DNA of 64,000 nt. Origin: Eledone cirrhosa. Lineage: Eukaryota. Under the pieces are notes generated by a model, which saw only the letters and a program-made list of their open reading frames with translations, was not told the origin of the DNA and did not search any database. The position numbers and the translations under genes were made by a program. The stretch lies in the NCBI GenBank assembly GCA_964016885.1, contig OZ024742.1, positions 233,182,001-233,246,000 of the forward strand, read 5' to 3'. Positions 51,782-64,000 of the stretch are shown here, piece after piece. The first letter of the stretch is position 1. Each line of letters starts with the position of its first letter.

Positions 51782-54629
51782 TTAAAAAGTCACAAAAGGA
51801 TTAAAAATTATTATTGAAAAAGTAAAAATATTGCAATTTCATTTTTTTGTTGATTAAGTGCTGTGTTAATTTAGTTACTATTAGACTGAAATTCTCTTGA
51901 AAATTACCTCTTATTAAACTCATCACTCCAAAACTAAAACTGATACTTTTTATGTATAAGTTATTTTCATTTCTACTAAAGCAATTTAAATTTGACGTAT
52001 TATTTGAACGACATTACTAATAATAATGATTTCTAGTATAGGCACAAGGCCAGTAATTTGGAGGGAGGGGAAAGTCAATCAAATCAACCCCAGTACGTTA
52101 CTGATGCTTTATTTTATCGACCTCGTAAGGATGAAAGGCAAAGTCAACCTCGGCGGGATTTGAACTCAGATCCACCCTAAATAATAATAAGATCCTTTCT
52201 GCATCAATAAAGTCAGACTAAAATGTTGATTAAACAGGTTTTTGATGTTTTGAAGCTCAACTAAATTGTTGATTTGTATTATGCATTATGGTCTGTTTCA
52301 AAGATAAGTGACAGACGAGTCAAATATGTAAACTGATCTTGTTCATTTGTTGAACGCATTTCACTTCATTTACATCACATATGCACCAAGTCACAAATGT
52401 GTCGACATTCAGTTTTTGCTGTACTATAAAATGTTGGGCCTGGTACCAACTAAAGAATTCAATATAATCTTGAGCAAATGAGAGAGCAGCTATGAGATCA
52501 CTCATTTTGCTAGTAATAGCAGTCAAATTCTATTAAACCATAATATATTATCTTCATTTAGGAAAGACATATTGGATAATGTAGTTCTAGACACACTTTG
52601 CCTGATAAAGTTAGGCTGGACATGACTAAAATGTCTTTTGACATAGGTTTGCTGTATCAGATCTGATATTGGGGGAGGTTAAGCAATTCCAATAAAACTA
52701 ATTATTTCCGATGCTGCATACCTTATAAAAGATCTAGCAAAGCTACTCACTATCTTATATGAGACATTTATTTTTGAGCACATGCACTTTTTATTTTATA
52801 TTTTTATCACTGGTTTTAACTAAAATATTGTTATAAAAATTGTTGATATGCTGATAGGGGCAATTCAACTAATCCACTTTTATTAGCGGCTGATCAAACA
52901 TCAGTGGGTATTAATATTGAGAGGATAGTAATTAACTATTTTATGATAAGATGAAAATTCTATTGATACAAGCCATATTTTGTTTAGTGCTATCTATTCC
53001 TTATAAGGATATAATGTATGGACCAGTAACTCCTGATAGTGTCATAGGGGTGCTGTCATGATATATGCTGTGTCTTGGGTATTTCAAACCTGGAGGAGCT
53101 CATTCCTCTCCATGTTTGAATACAGCCAGTGAAAGAGAAGGGGGAGTAAGAATGAGATAGAGAGAAAGAATTGACCTAGTATTGAACTGGTAATTTATTT
53201 TATCAACTCTGGAAAGATGAAAGACAACGGTAACTTTGGTGAGATTTGAACTCAGTGCAGAGCACCAGAATGAATAATGTAAAGCATTCTATCTGCCATT
53301 CTAGCAACTCTGCCAATTTACTGCCCTAAAGATATAATAGTATCTTTTAACTATAAGTATATCAATGTAGTAGCTAAGTTTTTTTTTTCTTACATAATTT
53401 ATGTTTATCTATTTAAATCATCATCATCATCATCATTTTACGTCCGCTTTTCCTTGCCTGCAAGGGTGGGACGGGAACTGATTCTGGCTTGATTTCTACA
53501 GCTGGATGCCCTTCCTAACACCAACCTCATTTACAGTGAGTGGTGGGTGCTTTTTTTTCCATGGCGCCTACATGTCCACTTTACAGTGTGGGCTGGGTGC
53601 TTTTTTGCCATGGCACCTCCACGACCACTTTGCAGTGGAATAATATCGACTCCCAGTCCTATCATCTCATTTCTACAGCAGAGTAAACTGGAGCAATGTG
53701 AAATAAAGTGTCTTGATCAAGGAAACAACACATCAAATGCAAAACATATTTTATATATCAAAGTTAACTTATCAAGATTTTACCCATTAAATTCCACCTT
53801 AAATGTTGCGAATACTTAAAAACAATGAATTAGCAGCGTTTTTTTTCCTATAAACATTATGTATGTATGGTCCCATAACTCCTGACAGTCGTAGAGGCAC
53901 TGTATTGACACAGTGTTTCTTGGGCATTTTAAGCCAGGCAGAGCCCATCCCTCTCCAGGCCTGAGTACAGCAGATTTCTTCCAGAGAAAGATAGAAAGTG
54001 AGAGAGAGGAAATGAGAAAGAGATATAGAGGAAGAATCAACCCCAGTACTAGACTGGTACTTTTTTATCGACCTCAAAAGGTTGAAAGGCAAAGTTGACC
54101 GTGGCAGGATTTGAACTCAGAGAGCAAAGAGCCAGAACAAATACCATAAAGCATTCTATCCAACGTGCTAATGGCTCTGTTAATTCGCCGCCGTATAAAC
54201 ATACTTCTAACCAAATACAAGCAGAAATAGAAGTAGTCATTAATTTCATGAACTCTTTTGTGCTGAACTGCAATATCACAAGAGATAAGTGCAGAAGTAC
54301 AGAGTTAGAGTTCATCTTGTGCTGAACTGCAATATCACAAGAGATAAGTGCAGAAGTACAGAGTTCATCTTGTTCACCAGTGCTGGGTCAACATATAGAA
54401 CTTAGTTATATACTGGATTAGATAATGCAATAGAGGATACATGTCCACACTTCTACACTATACTGCATACATTACAGCGTGCTTCACAAGCACAGAAGAG
54501 GGTGGTATGGTATATTGGGGGCAATGAATAGTACCTAGTCAGTAATTTTAATGAATAACTATATATTGTGTCTGCTCGATAAGAGCTACATAACAACTAT
54601 TATTTATGTATATTATACATATATATGTA

Positions 54630-54820
54630 TGGCGGTTGATTGGCAGTATCGGTAGAGGGTCGGACGCCATGCTTTGACGCATAGAGTTACGGCCCTTGCC
54701 ATTCTGAGTTCAGATCCCAGCGAGGTTAACTTTGCCTTTCATCCTTACGAGGTCGATAAAATAAAGTACCAGTAATCCACTGGGTAATTGCTGGCCTTGT
54801 GCCAAAAGTAGAAACAATTA
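54630..54820 (+). mobile_element. tRNA-derived SINE copy
   Basis: Full consensus match; ATTATACATATATATGTAT target duplication. Confidence 0.9.
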
Positions 54821-55484
54821 TACATATATATGTATTTGTGCGTGCATATACATATCATCATCATCATAATGATCATCGTTTAATGTCCATTTTGCATGCT
54901 AGCATGGGTTAGATAGGTTGTTGCATTAGAGGAAAGTTGGGTCAGGTGACCATTTCTTGCTCATATAGGACTGTTTCTGGCTAGATTTCTATGGCTCGAT
55001 GCCCTTCTTAATGCCAACCACATTTACAGTGTGTGCTGGGTGCTTTTTGTCCTGACACCTACATGACCACTTTACAGTGTGGGCTGGAAGTTTTTTGTGA
55101 TACCAACATAAATTTATAGTGTAAGGGTAGTGTGGACAGAAGTGGGCTGGGTTTAGGGGTATGGCAGAGTATGGAAGGTAGTATAGAGGTTATGAGATGC
55201 CTACTAGATGAATGTTTGAATTCATGCACATGGGAAGGCGTGGCTTCTGTATTACTGCACAACGTCAAACATCATGATCCTGTGTCATTGTCTTTCAGAA
55301 GTACAATTGCGTAAGGTCAACTTTTATCACCTCGTCCCAGATCTTCCTGGGTCTTCCTACTCCATAGCTTCCATCAATTTTGATCGCCCTGCTCCTTTTT
55401 ATACAGCTGTGTACTTTATGGATGAGTTTTTCTTGTTGGTGCAAGAACAAGTTAGGACAAGATATCAGAAAAATGTTTGGACCT

Positions 55485-56722
55485 AGTGTGTAATAACCAC
55501 ACTTACACATAATATTACAGTCGTTCTCTGTAACCTGAGATTCCACCAGCCCAAAACTAAACCCAATGGCCACTCATTTGATAACATGGATCTTTATAAT
55601 GCTAACTGGGATGCAATCATGAGTGAGCTATCACATGTTGACTGGTCTTTCACACATACACACATCTTCACCAACATCAAAATATTTTGGCAGATTTTTG
55701 TAGACATTGTCACAAACATATGTGCAAAACACACCCCACTAAGATCTGTGAAAAAAAAATAAATAAAAAAATAAAAGTGCAGAATTAAAAAAAACAGAAA
55801 AACTATTATCAGAAAAATAAAGAGAACAAACAAAAATATCAACAAACTAAAACACTGCCAAGAACAACACAGACATTCGACGGCTATTGTACTGCTCGAA
55901 TCAAAATGTATAATCTCCAACAATGCATGAAGACCATCATCAATAACTAAAGAACAGCTGAGGTGACATGGGCCGTTGAGAAAATGAAATCAATTCCAAA
56001 GTTCTTTTCATTTGCGAAAAAACACAAGGTCACTGTCTCCCCTGTTGTCCCTCTGACTGATAAAAATGGTAATCTCCAAGACAATGCTAAAAACATGGGT
56101 GAGATACTGCAGAAACAATACTGCTGTGTTTTCAGCAATCCTGATATGGTTGATATGGGCTGTATCAATGATGGTAATCATAACACTATCGGCCATAACG
56201 TTTGGCGCCCCTGATGTCTTAGCGGCAATAAACGAAATTAAATACAACTCAGTAGTAGGCGCCGATAGGTTCCCTGCTAGTGTCCTGAAGGTGTGTTGAC
56301 ACCAACTTGCATCTCCTCTAGCTAATCTGTGGAGGAACTCACTGGATACTGGCTATATCCCTGAAAACTTTCTGTTCAAGTTTGTTGTCCCAGTTTTCAA
56401 AAAGCGAAACAAGTCCTTTGCAGTGAATTACCGTCCGATCTCACTCACCTCTCATATCATTAAGATATTTAAGAGGGTGGTGTGATCCCGAATAACTTGC
56501 TTTCTTGAAAGCAACACTCTCCAACCAACATGGGTTCGGTAATGGAAGGGACTGTCTAACGCAGCTCCTGTATCACTTTGATGACATTTTAAGAGCTTTG
56601 GGAGAGGGCTCCAACACTGATGTCATCTAACTTGATTTCAGCAAGGCCTTTGACATGGTTGATCACAACATTCTACTGGAAAAACTATCCAACATTGATG
56701 TGTCTGGAAATTTACTGCAATA
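55485..56722 (+). mobile_element. Degenerate CR1-like LINE ORF2 fragment
   Basis: YNANWDAI, PKFFSFAKK, G.DRFPASVLK.C, NYRPISLTSHIIKIF, QHGF..GRDCLTQLL, LDFSKAFD.VDH, with stops and frameshifts. Confidence 0.85.
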
Positions 56723-59238
56723 GTAGATCTTTTGCCAATGTTGAACCTAACTTCATAAATGAATAAAAATAATTCTTCACAGATTTTTCTATCAAAAGAT
56801 ATTAAAATTCCCTGGCATAAATTGTTTTCCGTGAAATTTTCTCCGAAGTTAAAATTCTTTCAGAAATCACTTTACATCTTTTAAATACGTAATAGAACCT
56901 CTCAAATTATTTATCAACACTTGCTTTTAAAATACTAAAAAACCATGTTGAACAGCATTTTAAAGGATTTATAACATTTTTAGTCTACGGAGGTTTGTAT
57001 AATTTTTTTTTCATTTCTTCCGGAATTTTACTGTTTCAAAAATCTTCTCAGTTCCTTTATTCGATACAACTTTCCTGTGTGTATATTTGTATAATTGTAT
57101 GAACACTCATCTAAAGAATATCTAATAGAGAGACAATTTCAGTTACAATACATTTTCACCATAATTTGATACAATTACTCTTCTAACTTCATTTGAAATT
57201 CTCTTCCTCTTGTTGACTATGATGGGTGATGAACAATGCCGCTGATAAACACTAAACCTAAGTTGACAATAAATGGAAGTTAATATCGTAATTGAGACAG
57301 ACGACAACGTAATCGAATCTGACGTTAACGAGGTTAACGATGACGAATTTGAAATTGAGGTTAACGAAGTTGAAGTTGATAATGTCGAATTTGAAAGGGA
57401 AACCTAGTGAATCAATTAAGTATTAAGTTGGAATTGATGACTTAGTTTTGTCAGGTTGGTGAGTCGTTACACAGAGTAGTGACCGGTTTCTCGTTAGGTC
57501 AAGTAAGAAATGTTAAAATTATAACTTGTGTGCTGTAATTCATAAATACTTTGCTAATTCATGTAAAAAATGAAAGACTGGTGAAACACCTGTCTGTTAT
57601 TGTTCTCTGTGTTCAATAAGACAAAACTAGAACCGAAGTTGTCTCACGTGTTTGCTAAACTACTGCTAGTCCTTGACTAAAATTATTTTGGTTATGTTTT
57701 GTTTATCGGGTAATTATTTCAAATTAAAGTATTCATGCACCCTGCAGCAGATATGTTAAAACTAACTTAACTATAGTTGTTATTTGAGTCACGCCTCCAC
57801 ACAAGATGATCAACAATTAAATACCAAAATATTGATATTAAATACTTGCTATTTCTTCAAATCCCAGCTTCAGTAAGCCTTCAACAACAGATTAGATAAA
57901 TATGACAAGATTAAATATGTATAATAATCCTCGGCAAATATAATTCTTTGATTTCATGGAAAACGGAGAGTGACACAAAAATGAAAAAGAATTAACCTCT
58001 TAACTTCTCTAAATCAAAATTATAGGTACAGATGTAGCCGTGTAGCTCAGAAGTTCGAGATCGTGTAGTTTCGGGTTCGATAACACTGCACTGCTACACG
58101 ATCGCGCCTGTCCAAGTTTTGTGAATGAAACTACTGAATCGAGAGAAATTGTGCAAATACACCTCGGATGACCAATGTGTCTGTTCTTGGTGGTAGATTT
58201 AATCTGTCACCTGGACTTTGGATGGAGTTTACTCTGTTGCAAGGATATGAGCCAGATGTGTGGTCTGACGATAACCAACGAATCGAGTTTTTTTCCTCCC
58301 TATCTCACTGCTTATGGTCTCTTTCCTTCCTCTCTTGACTAAACTAGAACAAATCAATTTCGAATTTCGTTAACGTGATTTTACTTTGCTTAGACTGCTA
58401 ATGTCATGGGGAATAATCATAAATGTTCTTTAAAAAAAATAATAATCGAAAGAATACTACTACTAACTTTCTTATACAAACCAGAGGTTGAACAATAGAA
58501 TGGCACTGTTAAGATGACACAGTATTACAGGATTCCTACTTTCATTTCTTTTAGATTACGATTAAACATTCTTTGGTGCTGTTGTTTAGCGCTGAATCAA
58601 CCCTGGTGGAGCATATCTATAAATAAAGTCATTCCTGCCGTGACCACCGTCTAGGACTAGATTAACAAGTATAAAATCATATTTCTGCATTTTGTTGGAG
58701 ATTTAATTTAGAATAAACATTACCCGAACAAGACCAATATTACGTTTCAGCCTGCCTCAAGGAACACACACATGAAACAAAAAACCTAACCAAAGGAACA
58801 AAACTAAAAGTAGTAGACAGGTTTGTTTACCTCTACAATACACGGCTATTATTTCTCCTTGGCTGGTGAAATAATTCTAAGGCTTCAGAAAGCAACTGAT
58901 TTTTTCGAAACTCTTCAGTCTCGAGTCTAGTTCCAACATGACATTACGATGTATATTAACTTTCCTTTATTACTCATGTAAGAGATGCATCATTGACAAG
59001 CCTTATGTAAAAGTTCTTGCGTACCTTCCGCAGAGACATATTCCGAATGCCAGCTGGTTCTCGTGGATTCCAGATTTTGATGGGAGCTAAAGCGTTAAGC
59101 ATTGAGACAATGACATACAAGTGGGTTTACGTTGGATAGACACCTTGTACGAATGAATGATCCAGGATCCCGAAGCAGATGCTGTATGATGATCTTGTAT
59201 GTGGAAATCGGGGCACATTATTTCTGCTGTATTATATA

Positions 59239-60159
59239 CTAGCAGCAGTACCCAACGTGGCCTGGGTAGGTAAAATAATATCTGCTTTGATGAAAAGGTG
59301 TTGATCTTAGCGACTGCGAGTTTCTTGAAAATTGGTCGTAAGGTATAGCAAATGGCGAAATGTTGAGTGAAATCGTATGGAATATGTGAGAGTTGGAAAA
59401 AATCGTATTTTGAAGAGTTAAATGGCTGCCACGCCGTCCCTGAACAAAAAATGCAAAGTGTAAAGCTACTATAAGATGTGCAATGATAGGTTCTAGCGTA
59501 GTATAAAAGTTGAACCAAATAAATTGATTTATGTGTGAGGTGGAGCCGAAGTTTCGAATTTGAACGAAATCGGTTGAAAAATGTGGGAGCTAGAGCCGAA
59601 AAGGCGGAAATTTTAGCGAAAAGGTGGTATTTTCGAATATTTAAGCGGCTGCCACGCCGTTCCTGAACAAAAAAATCCAAAATGTAAAGCCCCTTTAAGA
59701 CGTAAAATAATCAGATCTAGCGTAGTGTAAAATTTGAACAAAGTAGGTTGATTAATGTGGGAGCTAGAGCCGAAAAAGTGGAAATTTGAGTCTAAAAGTG
59801 GTATTTTTGAATATTTAATCGCCGTCCCTGAACAACAAATGCACAATATAAAGCCATTACAGGATGTGCAATGATAAATTCTAATTTGCTTTAAAATTTG
59901 AACGAAATCGGTAGCAAAATGTGGGAGCTAGAGTAAAAAATCTTATTTTTCGATACCTAAAGAAAGGTGACCCCTATCGATTTTTATCTGCAGAATGATC
60001 CCGGAATAAAAAAAAACGATACGCTGATATATAGAAAACACTCCCCGATGACTAATCTATAGGGCCTGTAAAGTTTCATGAAAATCGGTCGTAAGATTTC
60101 GGCCCCTATAGGTAATACTCAGACATACACACACATACTTAATTTTATATATCTATAGA
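59239..60159 (-). mobile_element. Non-autonomous Helitron with ~200-bp internal subrepeats
   Basis: Minus strand: A|TCTATAGATATATAAAA 5' end, and 3' CCCAGGCCACGTTGGG hairpin then CTAG|T; GCCGTCCCTGAACAA subrepeats at ~59430, 59655 and 59820. Confidence 0.75.
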
Positions 60160-60186
60160 TATACGTGTGTGTGTATATATATATAT

Positions 60187-60203
60187 ATGTATAATAAATA
60201 GGG

Positions 60204-60273
<70 letters not shown>

Positions 60274-60285
60274 ATATATATGTAC

Positions 60286-60335
<50 letters not shown>
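60187..60335 (+). repeat. Long (TA)n microsatellite complex
   Basis: Directly visible. Confidence 0.95.
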
Positions 60336-60340
<5 letters not shown>

Positions 60341-62126
60341 AGGTAGTATCCTAGTCTAGCCAATTTGCTAGGTAAACACACACATACACATTGTCGGTGT
60401 GGTGTAATTTGGCAGAAATGTAATGACATATTTCCCAAGCGACAGCAATATATAGTGGCTGTAAAATTCTTTTTTGTTGAAGACCTAGTTACAGTAAACA
60501 TGCCTGATATATGAATTGTTGATTTTTGTATGGATATAGATTTGTCTTTTAATAGCTTGTTTGGGAGGAAGAAGCTTTGTCCATGGTTCCTCCAAGTTGA
60601 CATCGATATCTTTTTGAACAACTCCATGCTAACAGATGCATGATAAACATAGACAGGGAGCGGATTCTAGTGTTTGATGATTGGGGGGTAGAAGAATAGG
60701 ATATAATACGAATCTTAGAATGGTGGACACAATATGTGTGATCGGTAGAGTAGAGATGAGTTAGCCGGGTAGACCTGAGTGTAAATAAAACAATATCAGA
60801 CAGATCTGAATGCAAAAAAAAAAAGAGGCAGTGTAAAAAGACAACATGTGTGAGGGACCAAAGAATGGAGCGTGTTGATGAGCAAGGACCTAGAAAAAAT
60901 ATATTTACTACTTTTGTGAGACCGTCTTGTGTATGTTGTTATCTAAAGGGATCTCCAAGCTTTATATAGCTTAGGGCTTCACTAAGTCTTAATCAGGCAC
61001 AGAACAGCACCAAGCCAAATGCAGAAGTAGTAATATATCCCATTATATTACCAACACTAAAAATGAAATCGGTGAGATTCGAATTCGAAATTAAATATAC
61101 TAAATCAGTATTGTCGATTCACTACAGTTTGTATCAATTCTATTGATCTCCAAATATGAATTAATATTTCTGAATAAAGTAAACCAAATCTTTAATAATG
61201 CAGATTGCGAATTGGCAGATTCGTTAGAACGTCAGTTAGAAGGCTTTGCAGTATTCCTTCCCACTCTATGCGCTTTGAGTTCAAAACAAGTAGAGGGCAA
61301 TAAATATTGTACCATTTCAGTACTGAGGTCGATTCTTCCTTTATATATAGAGAGAGAGATTACAGGAGTCACTGAATTTATTTTAGTGACAACCGGCCAT
61401 AGCTCACACGCCCAATGAGATAACATATATAAATACCTACCTTTTTTCTCTAGACAAATTGGTTGTGTTCAGACATATATGGTAGGTGAAAAATCCTATT
61501 TAATAGGTTAGATGTTGTCTTCCTGTTTCTTCTACAACAACTACAACGATACGCGATGGGGCCCACCCACAGCCCCGGCGGACAGAATGGAGATATGGAA
61601 CCAACGGATTTGCATATAAAACATTTTAATAAATACTTCACATATTTTTTTATTAAATATTTAACTAACATGAAAATATTTTTCAAATTTGAATTACTTA
61701 AATTTGAATTACTTAAATTTGAATTACTTAAATTTGAATAGAAAGTTAAATAAATATTTATACTAAAGCTATTTCATAAATAATTCATTTCAATGTGTGC
61801 GTACATTATAATTCTAAGATATTATATACGTGTGAGGTGAGAAACCTATTAAATTTATTCTGCTTCTCCTCATTGTCTTCAATATCATCATCATCATCAT
61901 TAACGTTTTTAAGTCTGTCTATTTCATGCTTGCAGGAGTTACTAGAGTAGGCTCCAGTACATCTATACTTATCTGTTTGTCACATGTCTTTAATCGTCAC
62001 GCTTTTAACAAACGGTATCCAAGACATAGTCAAAATGTTTAAACAATGAAACAGGTTGAAATCGAAATGTTTAGCAGAATGATGCAATGTTATGAAGATC
62101 TATAAATTTATTCATCAAGATAGGAA

Positions 62127-62560
62127 TCTTCTTCTTCTTCTTCTTCTTCTTCTTCTTCTTCTTCTTCTTCTTCTTCTTCTGTGAGAGTCGTGAGGGCAAA
62201 GTCCTCAAACAACCTTCCAGCGGGTTCTTCCAGTTGATTCGGCTCGATCCCCAAGCGAGACCAGCCGAGATCATGAATGTTGTCCAACCAGCTTGTTCGG
62301 GCTCTAACCCTGGGTTTCCCATCGGTTGGTTTTGCCCATAAAATCTGTCCATCGATTCTTTCTTGAAACACTCTAACCACGTGTCCGTAATATCGGAGCT
62401 GTGATCCCTCAAATCGGAGAAATAGCGACTCTGCTTGGAGCGACACTTTGATCTCAGAACTAAGCACTTTATCAAGTAACGTTACTCCCAAGAGTTAATT
62501 ACAGGCAATTAGATTACCTCACAGCTCGGAACTCAAACAGGCATGTTATTTTGCAGGTTC
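62127..62560 (-). mobile_element. RTE-clade LINE 3' fragment with (GAA)n tail
   Basis: GVTLLDKV.SSEI...SQLRYYGHVVR...GKPRVRARTSWLDNI..LGWSRLGI followed by (GAA)~17. Confidence 0.85.
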
Positions 62561-64000
62561 CAGAAGGCTGGAAGACAAAATTGACGAAATATTGATTTCT
62601 AATTTAGGCAGAAGGCCTGAAAATTTTTAGGGAAGGGCAAAGTTGACGAAATCAGCCCCAGCACTTGACTGGGTGAAAAGCAAAGTTGGCCGCGGTGGCA
62701 TTTGAGCTTTGAATATAAAAAGACAGAACAAATACCGCAATGGCATTTTATCCGATACTCTACCAATTATGCCATATTAACGTCACAGGTCCCATAATAA
62801 AAGTGAAGTTTTATGAATGTAGAAAAAGTCGCGTTGTCCTTCATTTTCTTTTTTCCTTGCTCTCTTTGTCTTACTTGTTTTTGCTTAACTGTAAGAGGTA
62901 CAAGATACCTCTCATAGACTGTCGTGGCTGACTAGCTCTAAACGAACGTTTAAATTGATTGAATATATAAATAGAATAAATAAATAAAAATAAGTAAAGA
63001 AGGTATTATAAAACTATACAATTAAAATGGAAGATACATTTTTCCTCAAGTTTTGAGTTGCTGCAAGTTGATTATTACTACGCCCAAGGAGGCAGTGTTG
63101 TTAGCAGTATTTGTTTCTGCCCTGTATAATCTGAGTACAAATTTAGTACGATAATTTATGTTTAAAACCCATGACCTGCTGCTTCGGATTATATCGCAAA
63201 TATATTTTTAGAAAATATCGCTTAATCATATTAATATGTTATTTAATAATCACTAAATATGAGTTTACATAATGTATAGAGTTTTAAAGCATATTTTGTG
63301 TTGTTTTAGACCGTGACATTTTGTTTATTACGTTAATCCTTTTCATGTAATGCATTATAATATTTTTAATCGAGAATCTCAAGCAAAGCTTTGTTGTAAT
63401 GGAAAAATCTATTGTTAAATGTTATTTTCTTTACAACAGTCATGGCTATTTGGTTAAGAGGTTGGCCTCGAAAATTCGTAGATCCAGGTTCAAACCTTCT
63501 CTGTAGAATTTCGACCAAGTATATTTCAACATGACCTCGAGTCAATTAAAGTATTATGAGTAAAATTTAGCAAATGGAAACTTTGTGGAAGCCGGTCCCA
63601 GCGGCCGTACCAGTTTTCATGCAGTATATTTTTCTTGCCAGTCTGTATAACACTGGTCCTTTCTTGGAACACACTGTTGCAAGCATTTCAACCAGGTCTC
63701 CGGTCTGGAGATTTCCTCCCTTCTTCACACTTGTCTCGGACAACCTGCTGATTCCTAAAACGATAAACATAGTTTCGTGATTGAATCGTTTCACTCCATA
63801 ACTGCAGTTACTTTGGTTAATATTCCACTAGCAAAAAACTGGAATCGTTCAGGATTGTTCAGCAAACCATTGACCCACCTTGAACTACTTTAACATTCGT
63901 CACTTCGGAGTCCATGGGAAAATCACTCTTTGAGTTATAGTTATCGTTTTACGTCCGTTTTTCCATGCTTTCACGAGCTGGACAAAGCTTACCCCCGCTT

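Noticed and set aside
54259-54372. ~59-bp direct duplication (also 19-bp x2 at 51768-51806 and 15-bp x3.5 at 61685-61738)
   Set aside because: Ordinary slippage duplications in non-coding DNA with no visible functional context.
57290-57660. Acidic (DDNVIESDVNEVNDDEFE) and Cys-rich stretches resembling piggyBac transposase ends
   Set aside because: Short, stop-ridden, no catalytic motifs or TIRs identified.
59087-59680. 197-aa ORF
   Set aside because: Lies mostly in Helitron internal repeats; no recognisable domain.
60395-60830. Possible Penelope GIY-YIG remnant on the minus strand
   Set aside because: Too degenerate to support without an alignment.

Overview
AT-rich, repeat-dense eukaryotic genomic DNA. 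It is most likely an octopod cephalopod, judging by OK-like and OR2-like tRNA-derived SINEs and dense (TA)n/(CA)n microsatellites; this is inferred, not proven. Most of the ORF track is spurious. The main gene is a spliced tryptophan 2,3-dioxygenase (TDO2/vermilion) on the + strand. It has 9 coding exons from 17180 to 51243, all GT-AG and phase-consistent, totalling 882 nt (293 aa plus stop); I could not find the N-terminal exons inside the window. Upstream, probably within a >17 kb TDO intron, is an intronless 122-aa two-transmembrane ORF (6266-6634). The rest is transposon-derived: Penelope-like elements with hammerhead-ribozyme motifs, CR1-, RTE- and CRE-like LINE fragments, more than 20 copies of a young SINE, Helitrons, hAT, Tigger and piggyBac-like MITEs, a Merlin fragment, and a foldback element carrying a 30-bp CpG-rich array. 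The most notable observations are: (1) an in-frame 36-bp triplication of the splice acceptor of the TDO exon encoding the heme-ligand His; (2) the nested 2-TM gene; (3) several hammerhead ribozyme motifs; (4) many near-perfect hairpins and inverted repeats inside the TDO pre-mRNA. Repeat boundaries are approximate (about +/-10 bp); exon boundaries were read base by base.
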